Virus record (IMG/VR): IMGVR_UViG_2901040167_000002
Location: 5,147 to 69,146 of that record
Origin: a virus
Lineage: Duplodnaviria; Caudoviricetes
Strand: one strand, 5' to 3'
Length of the DNA: 64,000 nucleotides
Made by a program: the position numbers and the translations under genes. Below are positions 41,854 to 52,937 of the stretch, one piece after another. Numbering within the stretch: position 1 is the first letter of the stretch; each line of letters begins with the position of its first letter. Below the pieces are notes generated by a model. That model was not told the DNA's origin. It made no database searches and was given only the letters and a program-made list of their open reading frames with translations.

Positions 41854-42381
41854 TTATTCTAAAATTTCTAATCTTATAGTTTGTTGTCCAGCTAAAGTAT
41901 TTGCTTTTGCATCTACAACAACATATTTATTTCCAGCAGTAGCTAGTTTTTCATCTTCACCCTTAGTCACAGCTACAAATGCTTTTTTACTTGGATCAAA
42001 ATAAACAGATTGTCCAGCTTTAATAGGAGCTGAATTATCAGAAGGGACTACATTAGAACATTCAAATCTTTGACCAAAATCTTGAATTACTAATCTTCCT
42101 CTTTCTCCAACTCCATTATAAAATGAAATCATTGTTTCACCTAAATCAGCCATAACATTTTCTGGAGAAGCTAATAAATATCCTTTCTTAGTAATATCAG
42201 TTAGTAATTTAAAAGTTCTTTCCCCTTCCTCATTAAAACCTGTTTCAACTATCATATAGTTATCAAGATCCGCTTCTGCGATAGCACCTTGATTTATCAT
42301 TCTTATTCTCATATTATTTAAAGAACCAACTGTATGTTTATTCCCTTGTCCTGTTAAGACTTTTAAAATTTCACTTGCCAT
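41854..42381 (-). CDS. Putative head decoration protein
   Basis: 175 aa between scaffold and capsid; ADLDNYMIVE motif. Confidence 0.6.
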   Translation of the reverse strand: MASEILKVLTGQGNKHTVGSLNNMRIRMINQGAIAEADLDNYMIVETGFNEEGERTFKLLTDITKKGYLLASPENVMADLGETMISFYNGVGERGRLVIQDFGQRFECSNVVPSDNSAPIKAGQSVYFDPSKKAFVAVTKGEDEKLATAGNKYVVVDAKANTLAGQQTIRLEILE

Positions 42382-42409
42382 ATATAATTTCCTCCTTAAT
42401 ATTTATTAA

Positions 42410-43615
42410 TTATTTAAACCCATATTTAGTAGCACCATTTTTTTCTATTTGTATTAAATTATTCATATCAGTACTATTATCTATAGATATTTTTTTATTT
42501 AGTTTATTATTATTTATTTGTATTAAATCTACTATCATTGAATTAAGATCATTTTTCTTACTTTCATCTTTGACAGCATCCTTAATCAAACTTTGAACTT
42601 CCTCTGATTTAAACTTTTTAGAAGCATTAATCATATTAAACTTACTTTCATAATCTTTCATTAAATCCTCTAATGCCTTCTCTTCTTCTTTAGCTTTCTT
42701 TTCATCTTGAAGTTTATTATAATCATCAACTAAAGGCTTCATTAGAGTTATTTCTTTATTCAATGCTATTATTTTTTCATTTGCTTCATTTAGCTTAATA
42801 GCAACTTCATTTTTCTCTTCAACTAATATATCTCTTTCATTTGATAAAATTTTGACCTCTTCTTTTAAACTCGAAATTTTATTTTCTAATCCATCAGTTT
42901 CTGTTTTATTACCTTTACTATTATTATTTTCTTCGTCTTCTGGTTCTTCACTAGATACCTCATTCGCTATTTTTAACAACTCATCTGGTACATTAGAGTA
43001 CTTATTAAATACTTCTTTATCTACGCAGCAAGCTATCTTTCTTTCATCCTCTAATAAAGTTACATTAAATATTTCTTGAATCTCATTAGCATTAAGCCAA
43101 GATTCATTTGACATTTTTTCTCTTAAAATGTCTTCTGTTATCCCGTCTTTTGCCTTTTCCATATATAAAGGTATAATCACATCATTCTCAATCTTATCTA
43201 ATACCTCTATTTCTTTTTGCATCTCATCTGAATTTCCATACACCATACATAGAGGTTTATGTATCATCATAATTGATTGAGGATAAATAAATATCTCGTC
43301 AGCTATCATTGGAAGCCAAGAACCACATGAAGCAGCTAAACCATCTATATAAGCATTAATTTTCACTCCTCTATCCTTTGCCCTTCTTATCATTGCAATA
43401 GATGATTGAGTAGTAAATACATCCCCGCCTGGAGAATTTATATACATATTTAAAATTGAACCTTTTGACATCTGTTCTAAAGTATTCTTAAAATCAGTAA
43501 AAGTCACATCAGACTCATCCCATTTATCTGCGCCACCAATAATTACACCGTACACATATAAATCTTTATTGTTATCAATTATATTTGTAAACTTATAAAA
43601 TTTATTTTTAGCCAA
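42410..43615 (-). CDS. ClpP-type head maturation protease fused to a coiled-coil scaffold
   Basis: INSPGGDV, IDGLAASCGS, MMIHKP, ESWLNA; C-terminal coiled coil. Confidence 0.9.
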   Translation of the reverse strand: MAKNKFYKFTNIIDNNKDLYVYGVIIGGADKWDESDVTFTDFKNTLEQMSKGSILNMYINSPGGDVFTTQSSIAMIRRAKDRGVKINAYIDGLAASCGSWLPMIADEIFIYPQSIMMIHKPLCMVYGNSDEMQKEIEVLDKIENDVIIPLYMEKAKDGITEDILREKMSNESWLNANEIQEIFNVTLLEDERKIACCVDKEVFNKYSNVPDELLKIANEVSSEEPEDEENNNSKGNKTETDGLENKISSLKEEVKILSNERDILVEEKNEVAIKLNEANEKIIALNKEITLMKPLVDDYNKLQDEKKAKEEEKALEDLMKDYESKFNMINASKKFKSEEVQSLIKDAVKDESKKNDLNSMIVDLIQINNNKLNKKISIDNSTDMNNLIQIEKNGATKYGFK

Positions 43616-43661
43616 CTATCGTCAACTCCTTTCTAATATTTTTTAATATAAAAAATCAACC

Positions 43662-45179
43662 TTAAACACTAGGTTTAGGTTGTTCATTTCCACCATTTTC
43701 TTCAACCGTAATAGTTGAATCGTTATTTGATTGTTCATCCAAACCTGGATTACCATCTTCTCCTGTCATTGTATATGTAGACATAGGAGGTCTAATTTTA
43801 TCTCTAAGACCCATATTATCAATTTCATATACTGAATTTTCAATATAATCATCAAAATCTTCGCCTAATAACTCAATAAGAGGCTTTAATGAATATCCAA
43901 GCATATGTAATTCTTTAAACATTTTAGCTTTTTCAGAAGTAGATAAAGGATAACCCTTTTCATATTCTAAATAATAATCTTGTCCAATAGTATTAGGTAA
44001 AATTATTTTAAATAGCTTATTATATACTTCTGTTTCTACTGTTTCTAATAATTCGGAGATTCTATTGTATATTATTTCAAGATTTAAATTAGCACTAGCA
44101 TAATTACCACCTTGTCCATTAGTTAAAGTTCTTGCTATTCCAATATCATTTCCAATATCAGAATTAATAGATTCAAACTTATCTGGATTCAATACATTAG
44201 TTTGAGGTGCTTTTTGCTCTAAATCACAAAATTCAGGTAATACAACAGCACTCATGTCTCCCTCTTTATTGTTATTTAACCCCTGTTGTACTCCATCAGC
44301 TATATTTTTTCTAGCAGTTTTACCTATAGCTTTCCAACCATATTCACTAGGGTTTTTATCATTCCCAATAGTTAATACAGTTACAGCGTTCATGACTTTA
44401 TTAGCTGCTACTTTTTCAAGATTTTTTAACTTCTCTTGGTGCTTAATATCCTTTATAGCGGGAGTATTCCAAGGTATCCCAAATCTTTGATTTCTTCTTA
44501 AAACATGAGTCCTAATACAAATACTTCTCTCTATAGGGAATTCAACATATCTATGTTCTGGATCTTTATTGTATTCATTTAATAATTCTTCCGTTATATA
44601 TGGATTTAATTCTTCTAGTAAACCCTGTTTATATGAGTTAAAATCTATATCCTTAAAATATTCTAAATCACACCATATAGTCCATTTCCCTCTTTTTCTT
44701 CTTGCTGGGAAGAAATATTCTAAATCATTAAATAATATTGGATATGGATATTCTTTATCAAATTTTTTAGGTTTCCCTATCCATACACCGCATAATGTTC
44801 CAGCAGATATAGTTTGAGATAATATATCTCTGGTAAGCTCTTTATGATTTACTTCTTTCATTACCCTTCTACAACTTAATGTATAAACATCATTCTTATT
44901 ATTTAATTTTAAAGTTTTAATGCTATAGTTAAGTTTAGGTAATATCCTCATTAAATCAAATAATTGAAATATATCTCCATTACTTATATATTGGTATATA
45001 GCATATTTTTCTAATTCTTTTTTATATTTTTGAGGACTAGCTAACCATTGTTTTATAGTGTCCATACTAACTTCATTAGTAACCCCTTCGGCAAATATAT
45101 TAGAAGTAAATGTTAATGGTACTCCTTCATTTATATAATCACATCCTAATCCTGGATTGCCTTCTTTTGTTATGGTCAT
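43662..45179 (-). CDS. Portal protein
   Basis: 505 aa between terminase and protease; RFGIPW and GGNYASANLN motifs. Confidence 0.8.
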   Translation of the reverse strand: MTITKEGNPGLGCDYINEGVPLTFTSNIFAEGVTNEVSMDTIKQWLASPQKYKKELEKYAIYQYISNGDIFQLFDLMRILPKLNYSIKTLKLNNKNDVYTLSCRRVMKEVNHKELTRDILSQTISAGTLCGVWIGKPKKFDKEYPYPILFNDLEYFFPARRKRGKWTIWCDLEYFKDIDFNSYKQGLLEELNPYITEELLNEYNKDPEHRYVEFPIERSICIRTHVLRRNQRFGIPWNTPAIKDIKHQEKLKNLEKVAANKVMNAVTVLTIGNDKNPSEYGWKAIGKTARKNIADGVQQGLNNNKEGDMSAVVLPEFCDLEQKAPQTNVLNPDKFESINSDIGNDIGIARTLTNGQGGNYASANLNLEIIYNRISELLETVETEVYNKLFKIILPNTIGQDYYLEYEKGYPLSTSEKAKMFKELHMLGYSLKPLIELLGEDFDDYIENSVYEIDNMGLRDKIRPPMSTYTMTGEDGNPGLDEQSNNDSTITVEENGGNEQPKPSV

Positions 45180-45194
45180 ATAATCACCTCCATT

Positions 45195-46988
45195 CTATAT
45201 CCACATTACATAATCATCATCATCTTCAAAATCTATTTCTTCTTTTCTTAAATTATTTTCTAATTGTTTTGTAACATATACCCCGTAACCTAAAGAACTA
45301 TATCTATCTTTTCTTTTTGTTGATGGTTCTTTAAGTTTAATTAGCATATTACCAGTATCAACTCTTTCAAGGTTAACCATCTCTTGTATTAATAAGCTTG
45401 TTTGTAGATATGGTGATACCATTTTGGTTTGATCTTCTACTGGTAATGCTTCATAATTTTTATATTTCATTAAAATATCTTTACATTCATTTTCATTTAT
45501 AAGGAAATTTAATTTTCCTTGTTTTAAGCTATCTCTAACAAACATATGCATATCACTATTTAAATTTGGAGTAGCTTTTATACTCCATATAACTTTTGGA
45601 GCATCTTGAGCGAAGCATCTTTTAGCCATAGTTTCATCATTAATACAACTTAAAGCTGGATAAGGTTTATTTAATTCTTTATCATATAAATCAGTAACTA
45701 AGTTATCATATACGCCTAATCCAAACGATTGTGTATCTATTACTATATAATCACAATCAAATTCTTCATATAATCTTCTTATTTCTATTGCTTGTGTTAA
45801 TGAGTGTCCACCTTCCGAGCTTTCTATATATGCAACATACATATTATAGCTTTTCTTATTCTTGGAAGGTATTAATCTAATTATTGTATAAACAGAAGCA
45901 TCATTGTTGTTTTTTTCCGAACTCATACCTGATATGTCGCAAGTTACTAATCTTATTTCTTCCTTATCTTTTGCTTCATATTTAAAATTTTTATCCTTTA
46001 ATAAATTATAAAAAGATTTAGGATATAATGCATTTGGTAAAGCTCTATTTTTATCCAAGTCAGCAAATTTAAAAAATGCTTTTTCAGATTCACCAAAGAA
46101 TTTAGCTTCCATTTCCATTAGCCAAGATATTTCAGAGAAATCTGCTTCTGACATTTCATCTTCAACCTGTTCTCTCATTAATAATCCTTCTTTTATAGGT
46201 AATTGATAAGGTAAACTGCATAAAAAATAAGACTTCCCATCTAACATTGATTTAAAAAAAGCATTGACTTTTTCCCAAGACCAGTGATGTTTAAACCATG
46301 CAGAAGAAAGATATAATTCTTTGTTTCTTTCTTGCATATGTTTGTATTCAGGTTTACTTAAGTATCCAGGTTGTCTAGGTGCTGTCATAAACTTTCTTAA
46401 AACAGAATCAATAATATCTTTTGGTATCATACGAAACTCATCACATACAATTACGTTAGCCCTTTTAGACCTTGATCCTTGATTAGAAGCAACCGCTCTA
46501 ATCCAACTACCATTTTTAAATATTACTCTTGCATCATTTGAACCAACTCTCAAGTCATCAATTTCTCTAGCTAAATTTGGCGAATTATTTCTTAGCTCAG
46601 ATATTTTTTCTATTATTTCAATACTTTGAGATTTAGTACCAGCTGCTAATATTATCTTAGATTCTGGAAACAATATAGCCCTAGTACAACAGAATATTGC
46701 CGTCAAGAAGGATTTACCTTGCCCTCTTGAAGCTATATACATAAAATAATTAAAATGCATCATAAAATATATCAATATTTGTTGAAACACCTTTAATTCT
46801 ACACCAAGAAAATCTTTAACAAATATATGTGGAAACAACCTATAAAAGCTAGTCCATAGCCCTACCCCATTCATCAATCTTTCGGATTTTGTCATGTTCT
46901 CAGTATCTTTATTTAATACCCTTCTTTGTTTGAATAAATCATGTTTTTTTTGTTGTTTATTTTTTGAATAATTATTATGTGAAGTCAT
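45195..46988 (-). CDS. terL: Terminase large subunit
   Basis: Walker A ASRGQGKSF, Walker B VCDEFR, nuclease CDIS and KDRYSSL. Confidence 0.93.
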   Translation of the reverse strand: MTSHNNYSKNKQQKKHDLFKQRRVLNKDTENMTKSERLMNGVGLWTSFYRLFPHIFVKDFLGVELKVFQQILIYFMMHFNYFMYIASRGQGKSFLTAIFCCTRAILFPESKIILAAGTKSQSIEIIEKISELRNNSPNLAREIDDLRVGSNDARVIFKNGSWIRAVASNQGSRSKRANVIVCDEFRMIPKDIIDSVLRKFMTAPRQPGYLSKPEYKHMQERNKELYLSSAWFKHHWSWEKVNAFFKSMLDGKSYFLCSLPYQLPIKEGLLMREQVEDEMSEADFSEISWLMEMEAKFFGESEKAFFKFADLDKNRALPNALYPKSFYNLLKDKNFKYEAKDKEEIRLVTCDISGMSSEKNNNDASVYTIIRLIPSKNKKSYNMYVAYIESSEGGHSLTQAIEIRRLYEEFDCDYIVIDTQSFGLGVYDNLVTDLYDKELNKPYPALSCINDETMAKRCFAQDAPKVIWSIKATPNLNSDMHMFVRDSLKQGKLNFLINENECKDILMKYKNYEALPVEDQTKMVSPYLQTSLLIQEMVNLERVDTGNMLIKLKEPSTKRKDRYSSLGYGVYVTKQLENNLRKEEIDFEDDDDYVMWI

Positions 46989-47899
46989 TATTCCCCTTCA
47001 CCTTCTTCATCCTCCCCAGGACGTTTCACTGTATATTTAGCAACTTCCTCGTCATATTCGTCTTTAAATGGATTATGCTTCCCCATCATTTCGCATAAAT
47101 TACCGAAGAACCATACACATACATATTTTTTAATCCAATTTGCAGCCATCCATTCTGGTAAAGGAGGAGGTACTGGCTTTTCATTTTCAAATTTTTTAAT
47201 TAAAGTACCAAACGTAACTTGCTCCGAAGCCATACTAGCATTTTCTTGGGCTGGTTTAATATTTGCAGATCCTAGTAAATCCTGTAGTGTTTTAAGTTCT
47301 TTATCTACACTTTTTCCAAGTTGCCTTTTCTTTCTTATATCCAATCTTTGAAAAGCTATATCTTGGAACAGCATTTCTTGTGAGTATGAATCACATTCAA
47401 ACCTTGTTGTTAAATTCTCGTATTCCTTCATTAAAAATCTATATTCATCTTCTGAATAGCCTTCACCCCAAAAATCAATTAAATCAACTTCACTAACTTC
47501 TTCATCCTCTAAATTTCCGTTATAAGTAATTTCTAATTCATAGGGTTCACTATCAATAAACGTTTTTTCTTTGTATTGATGCAATGAATTTACCTTTTGA
47601 AGATATGTTGCAAATATATTATTTACCCTACTTCTATTATTTTCTTCATTAAGTTGGTTGTATAAAGTTTTAGAATAATAAATATCAACTAATCTACATA
47701 TTTCATATAGTGCTTTATTTTCACTATTGTGAGTATTTTTGAGTTTATCTGCATACTCTAATAGGCATTTCTTACAAATACACATTCTATTTTCATGATT
47801 TCCTTTAAATAAAGGACTAAATGACTTATAAAAATTTGCCGAAGTGGATTTTTTCTCTTCCCCACACATAGTACATTTTTGTAAAGGTGATGCCATAAC
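46988..47899 (-). CDS. Putative terminase small subunit (N-terminal Zn finger)
   Basis: CTMC..CKKC, FWGEGY, FGTLIKKFENEKP; overlaps terL by 1 nt; GGGAG RBS before MASPL. Confidence 0.65.
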   Translation of the reverse strand, partial: VMASPLQKCTMCGEEKKSTSANFYKSFSPLFKGNHENRMCICKKCLLEYADKLKNTHNSENKALYEICRLVDIYYSKTLYNQLNEENNRSRVNNIFATYLQKVNSLHQYKEKTFIDSEPYELEITYNGNLEDEEVSEVDLIDFWGEGYSEDEYRFLMKEYENLTTRFECDSYSQEMLFQDIAFQRLDIRKKRQLGKSVDKELKTLQDLLGSANIKPAQENASMASEQVTFGTLIKKFENEKPVPPPLPEWMAANWIKKYVCVWFFGNLCEMMGKHNPFKDEYDEEVAKYTVKRPGEDEEGEGE

Positions 47900-47970
47900 C
47901 ACTCCCCCCTTTCTTAAATTTTCAAATAATCTCAATAAAAGACACCTAAATTAGGTATCTTATCTTTAAG

Positions 47971-48813
47971 CTATTTATTATTTATTTTATTAAAATTTTC
48001 TCTAATATTTTTATATTTCATATTACAATAATTTTCTAAGAATTGTTTTCTAATTTCAAATTCCATATTATTAGCTAAAAGCATACTATTATTATTCTGT
48101 AAATCTGATAACGCTTTATTAACTTCAATATCAAGATTGTCCCTAGTTTGGTTGTCTATAATACCTTTAATAAATCTAAGATCTATTGCTCTTTGACCTG
48201 TTAGTACAACATTTAACATATTTCCTTCTCTACTATAAAATGTTTCATTCAAGCAATCATAACCTTTTCTAATGCACCACTCATATATTGCTTGCTTCAT
48301 TTCTTTATATCCAGCCCTTTCAGGATTTCTCTCTTTAATCCAATCTTCATACTCTTTAAGTATCTTTTCTATTAATATAAAGTAATCTCTAACTAATCTA
48401 CCTTTATTTCTGACTTCTTCACTTGAATTTTTAGTAGTACCTATACTTAATGCTAATGCTTTTGCAGTTTCTAATGTTAATATGTAATTTTCTTCTGGTC
48501 TACCACCTTTAGAGTTTTTCTCAAGTTTGCGAATAACCTCAAAATCCTTATTTTCTCTATAAATTCCTACTATTTTTCTCTTAACCCAATCTGCAAATTT
48601 CCCCTGGGGTTCTCCTAGTTCACTCCATAATATTCTAGCATCAATAATAAATCCTTCTACATCTTGTAGTAGTAATTGTGGAAATGTATTTTGGTATTGG
48701 TCTATTAAATTCCATTCCTTTTCTGAACGGTTAAATTTATTAATTATGTCTAACCTTTCAAACTTCTCTCCTTTGTATTTTTCTCCATTAATTGTCTTTT
48801 GAAATTTCTTCAT
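47971..48813 (-). CDS. AntA/AntB antirepressor-like protein
   Basis: IDARILWSELG...FADWVK...GGRP..YILTLETAK...GRLVRDYFI. Confidence 0.85.
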   Translation of the reverse strand: MKKFQKTINGEKYKGEKFERLDIINKFNRSEKEWNLIDQYQNTFPQLLLQDVEGFIIDARILWSELGEPQGKFADWVKRKIVGIYRENKDFEVIRKLEKNSKGGRPEENYILTLETAKALALSIGTTKNSSEEVRNKGRLVRDYFILIEKILKEYEDWIKERNPERAGYKEMKQAIYEWCIRKGYDCLNETFYSREGNMLNVVLTGQRAIDLRFIKGIIDNQTRDNLDIEVNKALSDLQNNNSMLLANNMEFEIRKQFLENYCNMKYKNIRENFNKINNK

Positions 48814-49047
48814 AAATCTCATCCCTTCTTTGTTTTAATTTCTTATTTTGAAGTATCTCTATACACTCCAATCGTATTTTAACTTTCTTATTTCAACGAC
48901 AAATAGAGTGAGTAGCTACTCCCACTCATTTCATCATTTACACTTCAAAATAAGAAAGGTGTTAAGGATAAAACACCATTGCAATATATAAGAAGTCTAG
49001 ATTTATTGCTAGACTCCTTTTTTATTTATTTTATTAAGGCTGCTATT

Positions 49048-49374
49048 TTAATATAACCAAATTAAATCTTTATCTACTAAAAATCTATCTTCTTGCACTT
49101 TTGACATAGCATCTTGTAACACTTCATCATCTATCCATAACATTTCTGTATCGTGCCAAATATAATCTTCATTTTCATCTTTTATTTTCTCAACATTAAT
49201 GCAATCACCTAGTCTAGTTAAGCATAAGAATTCATCAGTAAATTCAACATTTGTTGAAACTATAAATTCTCTCTCATTGCATACATCAAAAAATAATTGT
49301 TTGATAAACGGTTCGTTTCCAATTACACTTATATCTTCATTTTCTAGTATCTCATTTTTTAAATCTATATTCAT
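49048..49374 (-). CDS. Acidic hypothetical protein
   Basis: 108 aa, GGAG RBS. Confidence 0.65.
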   Translation of the reverse strand: MNIDLKNEILENEDISVIGNEPFIKQLFFDVCNEREFIVSTNVEFTDEFLCLTRLGDCINVEKIKDENEDYIWHDTEMLWIDDEVLQDAMSKVQEDRFLVDKDLIWLY

Positions 49375-49386
49375 ATTCTATCTCTC

Positions 49387-50946
49387 CTAAAATTCAATAT
49401 CTTTTATATATTCTCTTTGTCCATTTGAGTAAATATATAATCTTTGTCCAGGTGTAGAAGTTTTTCTAATGTCTTTTGAATAAGTATCTGTTCCTGCAAA
49501 GGATCTTGACATAAATACTTCACAACAATGGAACTCCTCCATTTTATTATGATGATAATGTGCTGTATGTATTTCATCAGACCTACCAAACATCATACCT
49601 AAATCACTAGCCATTTTATTAAATTTATCTAAATGTCCATGAGTCTCATAAATCTTAACACCTTCTATTTCTTTCATTATTACGCCATTGTCTAATAAAT
49701 TCTTTTCAAAAAATACATTGCTGTATTCAGATCTATCTTTGAACATCCATCCTAAACCTAATGAAACAAATCTTTCAAAATTTTCTTTCTCTGTAGATGC
49801 ATCTTTATTTTTATATACTCTTCCATGATTCCCCACTAAATCTGAATAGATTACTTTATCAAATACTTGAGAAAATTCAATAAGCATTTTACCTATAATT
49901 TCAACTGCTACTGCAACTTGGTCATCAATAAGTATTTCACTTTCTTTGATTATCGAGTCATGTATAATACCAGATATAATATCCCCTAAGTTTGAGACAT
50001 GTATTTCTGTGATACCTAATTCGGCAGCAGTTTCGATAACTTCTTTAGTTAATTCTTCTGCTCTACTATATGCTTCTGCAACATCATATGTATTAAAATA
50101 GTTATCACATTTAATTCCTATATGTAAATCAGCCAAATCTAATAAGGCAACCCTTTTATTTTTATAAGGTTTAATTTCTATATTATAATTGCTAGGGTAA
50201 ATTTCAATTTTATTAATTTTCTCCATTGCTTTGTTGTATAGATAATCTTTATCTCTATATATATTTAATTCTTTCTTCATTTCAGAAATTTCTTTCTCTT
50301 GAAGTTTGATGAAATATTCATTTTTCTTTTGTTCTAAAGTTTTATTTACTAAATTATCGATATTTCCTTCTTCTAATTCTGAATCAAGAAAAGGCACATC
50401 ATCATGAACTATATTAAAAGCATATTTGATTAGCATAAAATCTCTTCTAGGAATATTTAAAGTCCTACAAACCTGAGATACCCCTATTCCTTGACCACAA
50501 TAAATTTCTTTTATTCTTTTAACAGTATCTTTTTTAACCTTTAATTGTCTATCAGAAGAATAAATGGTATAGTATTCACCAGTTTCAACTACTTTCATAG
50601 TCTTTTCTTCTTTAGCTTCTAATTTTTGAAGTTCTTTTTCATATTTCTCTTTTTCTTTTATAATGTTTTCTAGTTCTTTTTTCTCATCTCTAATTAATTT
50701 TTCACTATTTTTAACTTCATTTACTATTTCATCTTTGGCAAACCTTACATTCTTGCCTACATGATTTGAAAACTCTTTATAAGCATAACTAAGTTTTCTT
50801 AAATGATCTGGTGAACAATTAACACCCAATATATTAACAAGTTCCTCCCATGAAACTCTAATTTCTTTATCTAATTTTAAAGTACATAATCTTACTTTAT
50901 ATTCAAAATCTGATTCATTAACTCTCCTTTTTAATAAATCTTCCAA
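49387..50946 (-). CDS. Calcineurin-like metallophosphoesterase with N-terminal HTH/coiled coil (SPbeta YonJ-like)
   Basis: DLHIG, LGD, GNHG, THGH, HYHH metal-binding motifs. Confidence 0.85.
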   Translation of the reverse strand: MEDLLKRRVNESDFEYKVRLCTLKLDKEIRVSWEELVNILGVNCSPDHLRKLSYAYKEFSNHVGKNVRFAKDEIVNEVKNSEKLIRDEKKELENIIKEKEKYEKELQKLEAKEEKTMKVVETGEYYTIYSSDRQLKVKKDTVKRIKEIYCGQGIGVSQVCRTLNIPRRDFMLIKYAFNIVHDDVPFLDSELEEGNIDNLVNKTLEQKKNEYFIKLQEKEISEMKKELNIYRDKDYLYNKAMEKINKIEIYPSNYNIEIKPYKNKRVALLDLADLHIGIKCDNYFNTYDVAEAYSRAEELTKEVIETAAELGITEIHVSNLGDIISGIIHDSIIKESEILIDDQVAVAVEIIGKMLIEFSQVFDKVIYSDLVGNHGRVYKNKDASTEKENFERFVSLGLGWMFKDRSEYSNVFFEKNLLDNGVIMKEIEGVKIYETHGHLDKFNKMASDLGMMFGRSDEIHTAHYHHNKMEEFHCCEVFMSRSFAGTDTYSKDIRKTSTPGQRLYIYSNGQREYIKDIEF

Positions 50947-50986
50947 TTTAATTACTCTCCCTTTTTATTCTTTATTTATTTTTATA

Positions 50987-52390
50987 CTAATTATTTTCAT
51001 GACTAAATATAAAACCTTTATAACTCTTCAGCCTACCTGTACAAACTCCAGATATGCCTGCTGTATCAAACTTTTCTCCAAAAATCTCCTCACTTTTGTT
51101 TGCTAATTCTTTATTAGATTTAAAACATCCTAATAAATCATCATCCTTAAAAACATAAACTTTCTTTTCATGCTTTTTATGATTTTTTACTATTGTCTTT
51201 CTACTTTCAAGTGCTGGATCATATATGCATAACCCCATACTTGCTCCAATTTTTAAATGTCTAACTATTGTACTCCTTGCTATCATAGTTTTATTACTGA
51301 TATTCTCTACGGTCTCATTTTCTTTTTTGCTATTCCAATAGTCACATATTTGTTTTGTTGTATTCTCAATAGCAAACTCTGCACATTTGAGCCAGTCCAC
51401 TTTTAATAAATCGAATAACTTAGACAGTTTTAATTTTAAAATACTATTTTTTATATATTCTAAGTTACTTTCTCTACAATCTAATTCTATATAGTGTTTA
51501 ATCCCATTTTTTAATGCACTTTCTCTTTTATATTTATCATTTTGCTGTTCTTGTTTTAAAGTTCTACCTCCAAGATGTTCAAAAGTATGATCTTCATAAT
51601 GCTGTCTACCATGAGTTTCTATGATACAATTTAAATCTTTAATATAGAAATCATACCTCTTATTTTCTGCCCATTTAGGTGAATATTCTGTTTTGAAACT
51701 TATATTTAATTGTCTTAACATATTAAATATAAATTTTTCTGGATAACTCTTACTATTCCTACAACTACACCCTATTGATTTTCTTTCATAAATCTTCTTT
51801 ATAACAACTTTTCTTTTGTTATTACAAATAGGACAGATAACAGTTGTTTTTTGTCCACTTCTACTACTATATTTCTTAGCATCCTCTTCACTAATTCCTA
51901 AATCGCACATCCATCTATCAGTATCCCATATGGTATTAATACCTAACTTAATCTTCTTTTTAAAACTATTACAAACATTGCATCCATGCTTTTTTAATAA
52001 GCCATCTTCTATTATCCAATCTTCATTTCCACATTTATTACAATGATATTTATAATACCTTCTTTTTATATTTTGATTATCTTTTCTTCTTGATCTATCT
52101 ATAATTAAAAAATCTTGTTTTTCATTTTTTAAAAGAGTATCTATTTCAATTCTATATTCGCCATTAATTTTCCCTACAATTTTTCCAAATTCACATTTTT
52201 TAAATCCATCTGTAGATATTTCATATTGTTTGCCGTTATATTTAATTGTTAAATAATTATTTTCTTTAGACGCTATATAAGCTTCCCCCTCTATATCATC
52301 ATATATAAAAGGCACGTTACATCCTACTGATTTCTTCCAATCAATACGATTCCCTCTTTTAGGCAAATCTTCTAAAAATACTTTTCTCAT
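50987..52390 (-). CDS. Free-standing Zn-ribbon/Vsr-like putative homing endonuclease
   Basis: IDWKKSVG, CNKC/CPIC, SYPEKFI...YDFYI...IETHGRQHY; paralog of 24543..25979. Confidence 0.8.
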   Translation of the reverse strand: MRKVFLEDLPKRGNRIDWKKSVGCNVPFIYDDIEGEAYIASKENNYLTIKYNGKQYEISTDGFKKCEFGKIVGKINGEYRIEIDTLLKNEKQDFLIIDRSRRKDNQNIKRRYYKYHCNKCGNEDWIIEDGLLKKHGCNVCNSFKKKIKLGINTIWDTDRWMCDLGISEEDAKKYSSRSGQKTTVICPICNNKRKVVIKKIYERKSIGCSCRNSKSYPEKFIFNMLRQLNISFKTEYSPKWAENKRYDFYIKDLNCIIETHGRQHYEDHTFEHLGGRTLKQEQQNDKYKRESALKNGIKHYIELDCRESNLEYIKNSILKLKLSKLFDLLKVDWLKCAEFAIENTTKQICDYWNSKKENETVENISNKTMIARSTIVRHLKIGASMGLCIYDPALESRKTIVKNHKKHEKKVYVFKDDDLLGCFKSNKELANKSEEIFGEKFDTAGISGVCTGRLKSYKGFIFSHENN

Positions 52391-52428
52391 TTTATTTCAT
52401 CAATCCTTTCATCACATTTATAATTTAT

Positions 52429-52587
52429 TTATTTTGTTATTTCTTTTAAATCTTCCATCAATCCATTCGTTCTTTTAAAAAGAAATATTAAATATTTTCT
52501 ATTATTTTTATCTCTATCTATTTTTAATAACTTGTGTCCTCTACTTAAAAGTATGTTTGCATCATTATAATTTCTTACTACTTGCAT
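52429..52587 (-). CDS. Small DUF5659-like protein (52 aa)
   Basis: GGAG RBS before MQVVRN; ANILLSRGHKLLKI...IFLF pattern. Confidence 0.6.
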   Translation of the reverse strand: MQVVRNYNDANILLSRGHKLLKIDRDKNNRKYLIFLFKRTNGLMEDLKEITK

Positions 52588-52606
52588 AATATACACTCCA
52601 ATATTT

Positions 52607-52777
52607 TTATTTTGATTCGTAATGTGAATATTCACAATTAGGACAATTATAAACCACACCTAACTTAATATGGTCTATATAACCCATATCTTCTAATTCG
52701 CTTGTCAAAAATTTCTTCCCACAACTTGGACACATATAGTCCCAAAATTTATGTTTTTCATTTCTTTTTTCTCCCAC
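52607..52777 (-). CDS. 56 aa zinc-ribbon protein (not in the ORF track)
   Basis: GAGAGG RBS, GTG start, ...YMCPSCGKKF...YNCPNCEY. Confidence 0.65.
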   Translation of the reverse strand: MGEKRNEKHKFWDYMCPSCGKKFLTSELEDMGYIDHIKLGVVYNCPNCEYSHYESK

Positions 52778-52937
52778 TTTTATCTTCCTCTCTTGTCTTT
52801 TTTATGTTATAATGTTATTTGTGAAAATAGACGAATACGAAAAGGTCGCTATATAGTTTATATAAATAAAAAGCACTCACTTAATTATGAGTGCTTTATA
52901 ATTCATATATTTGTTTTATTTTTTTTAATTTAATGTT

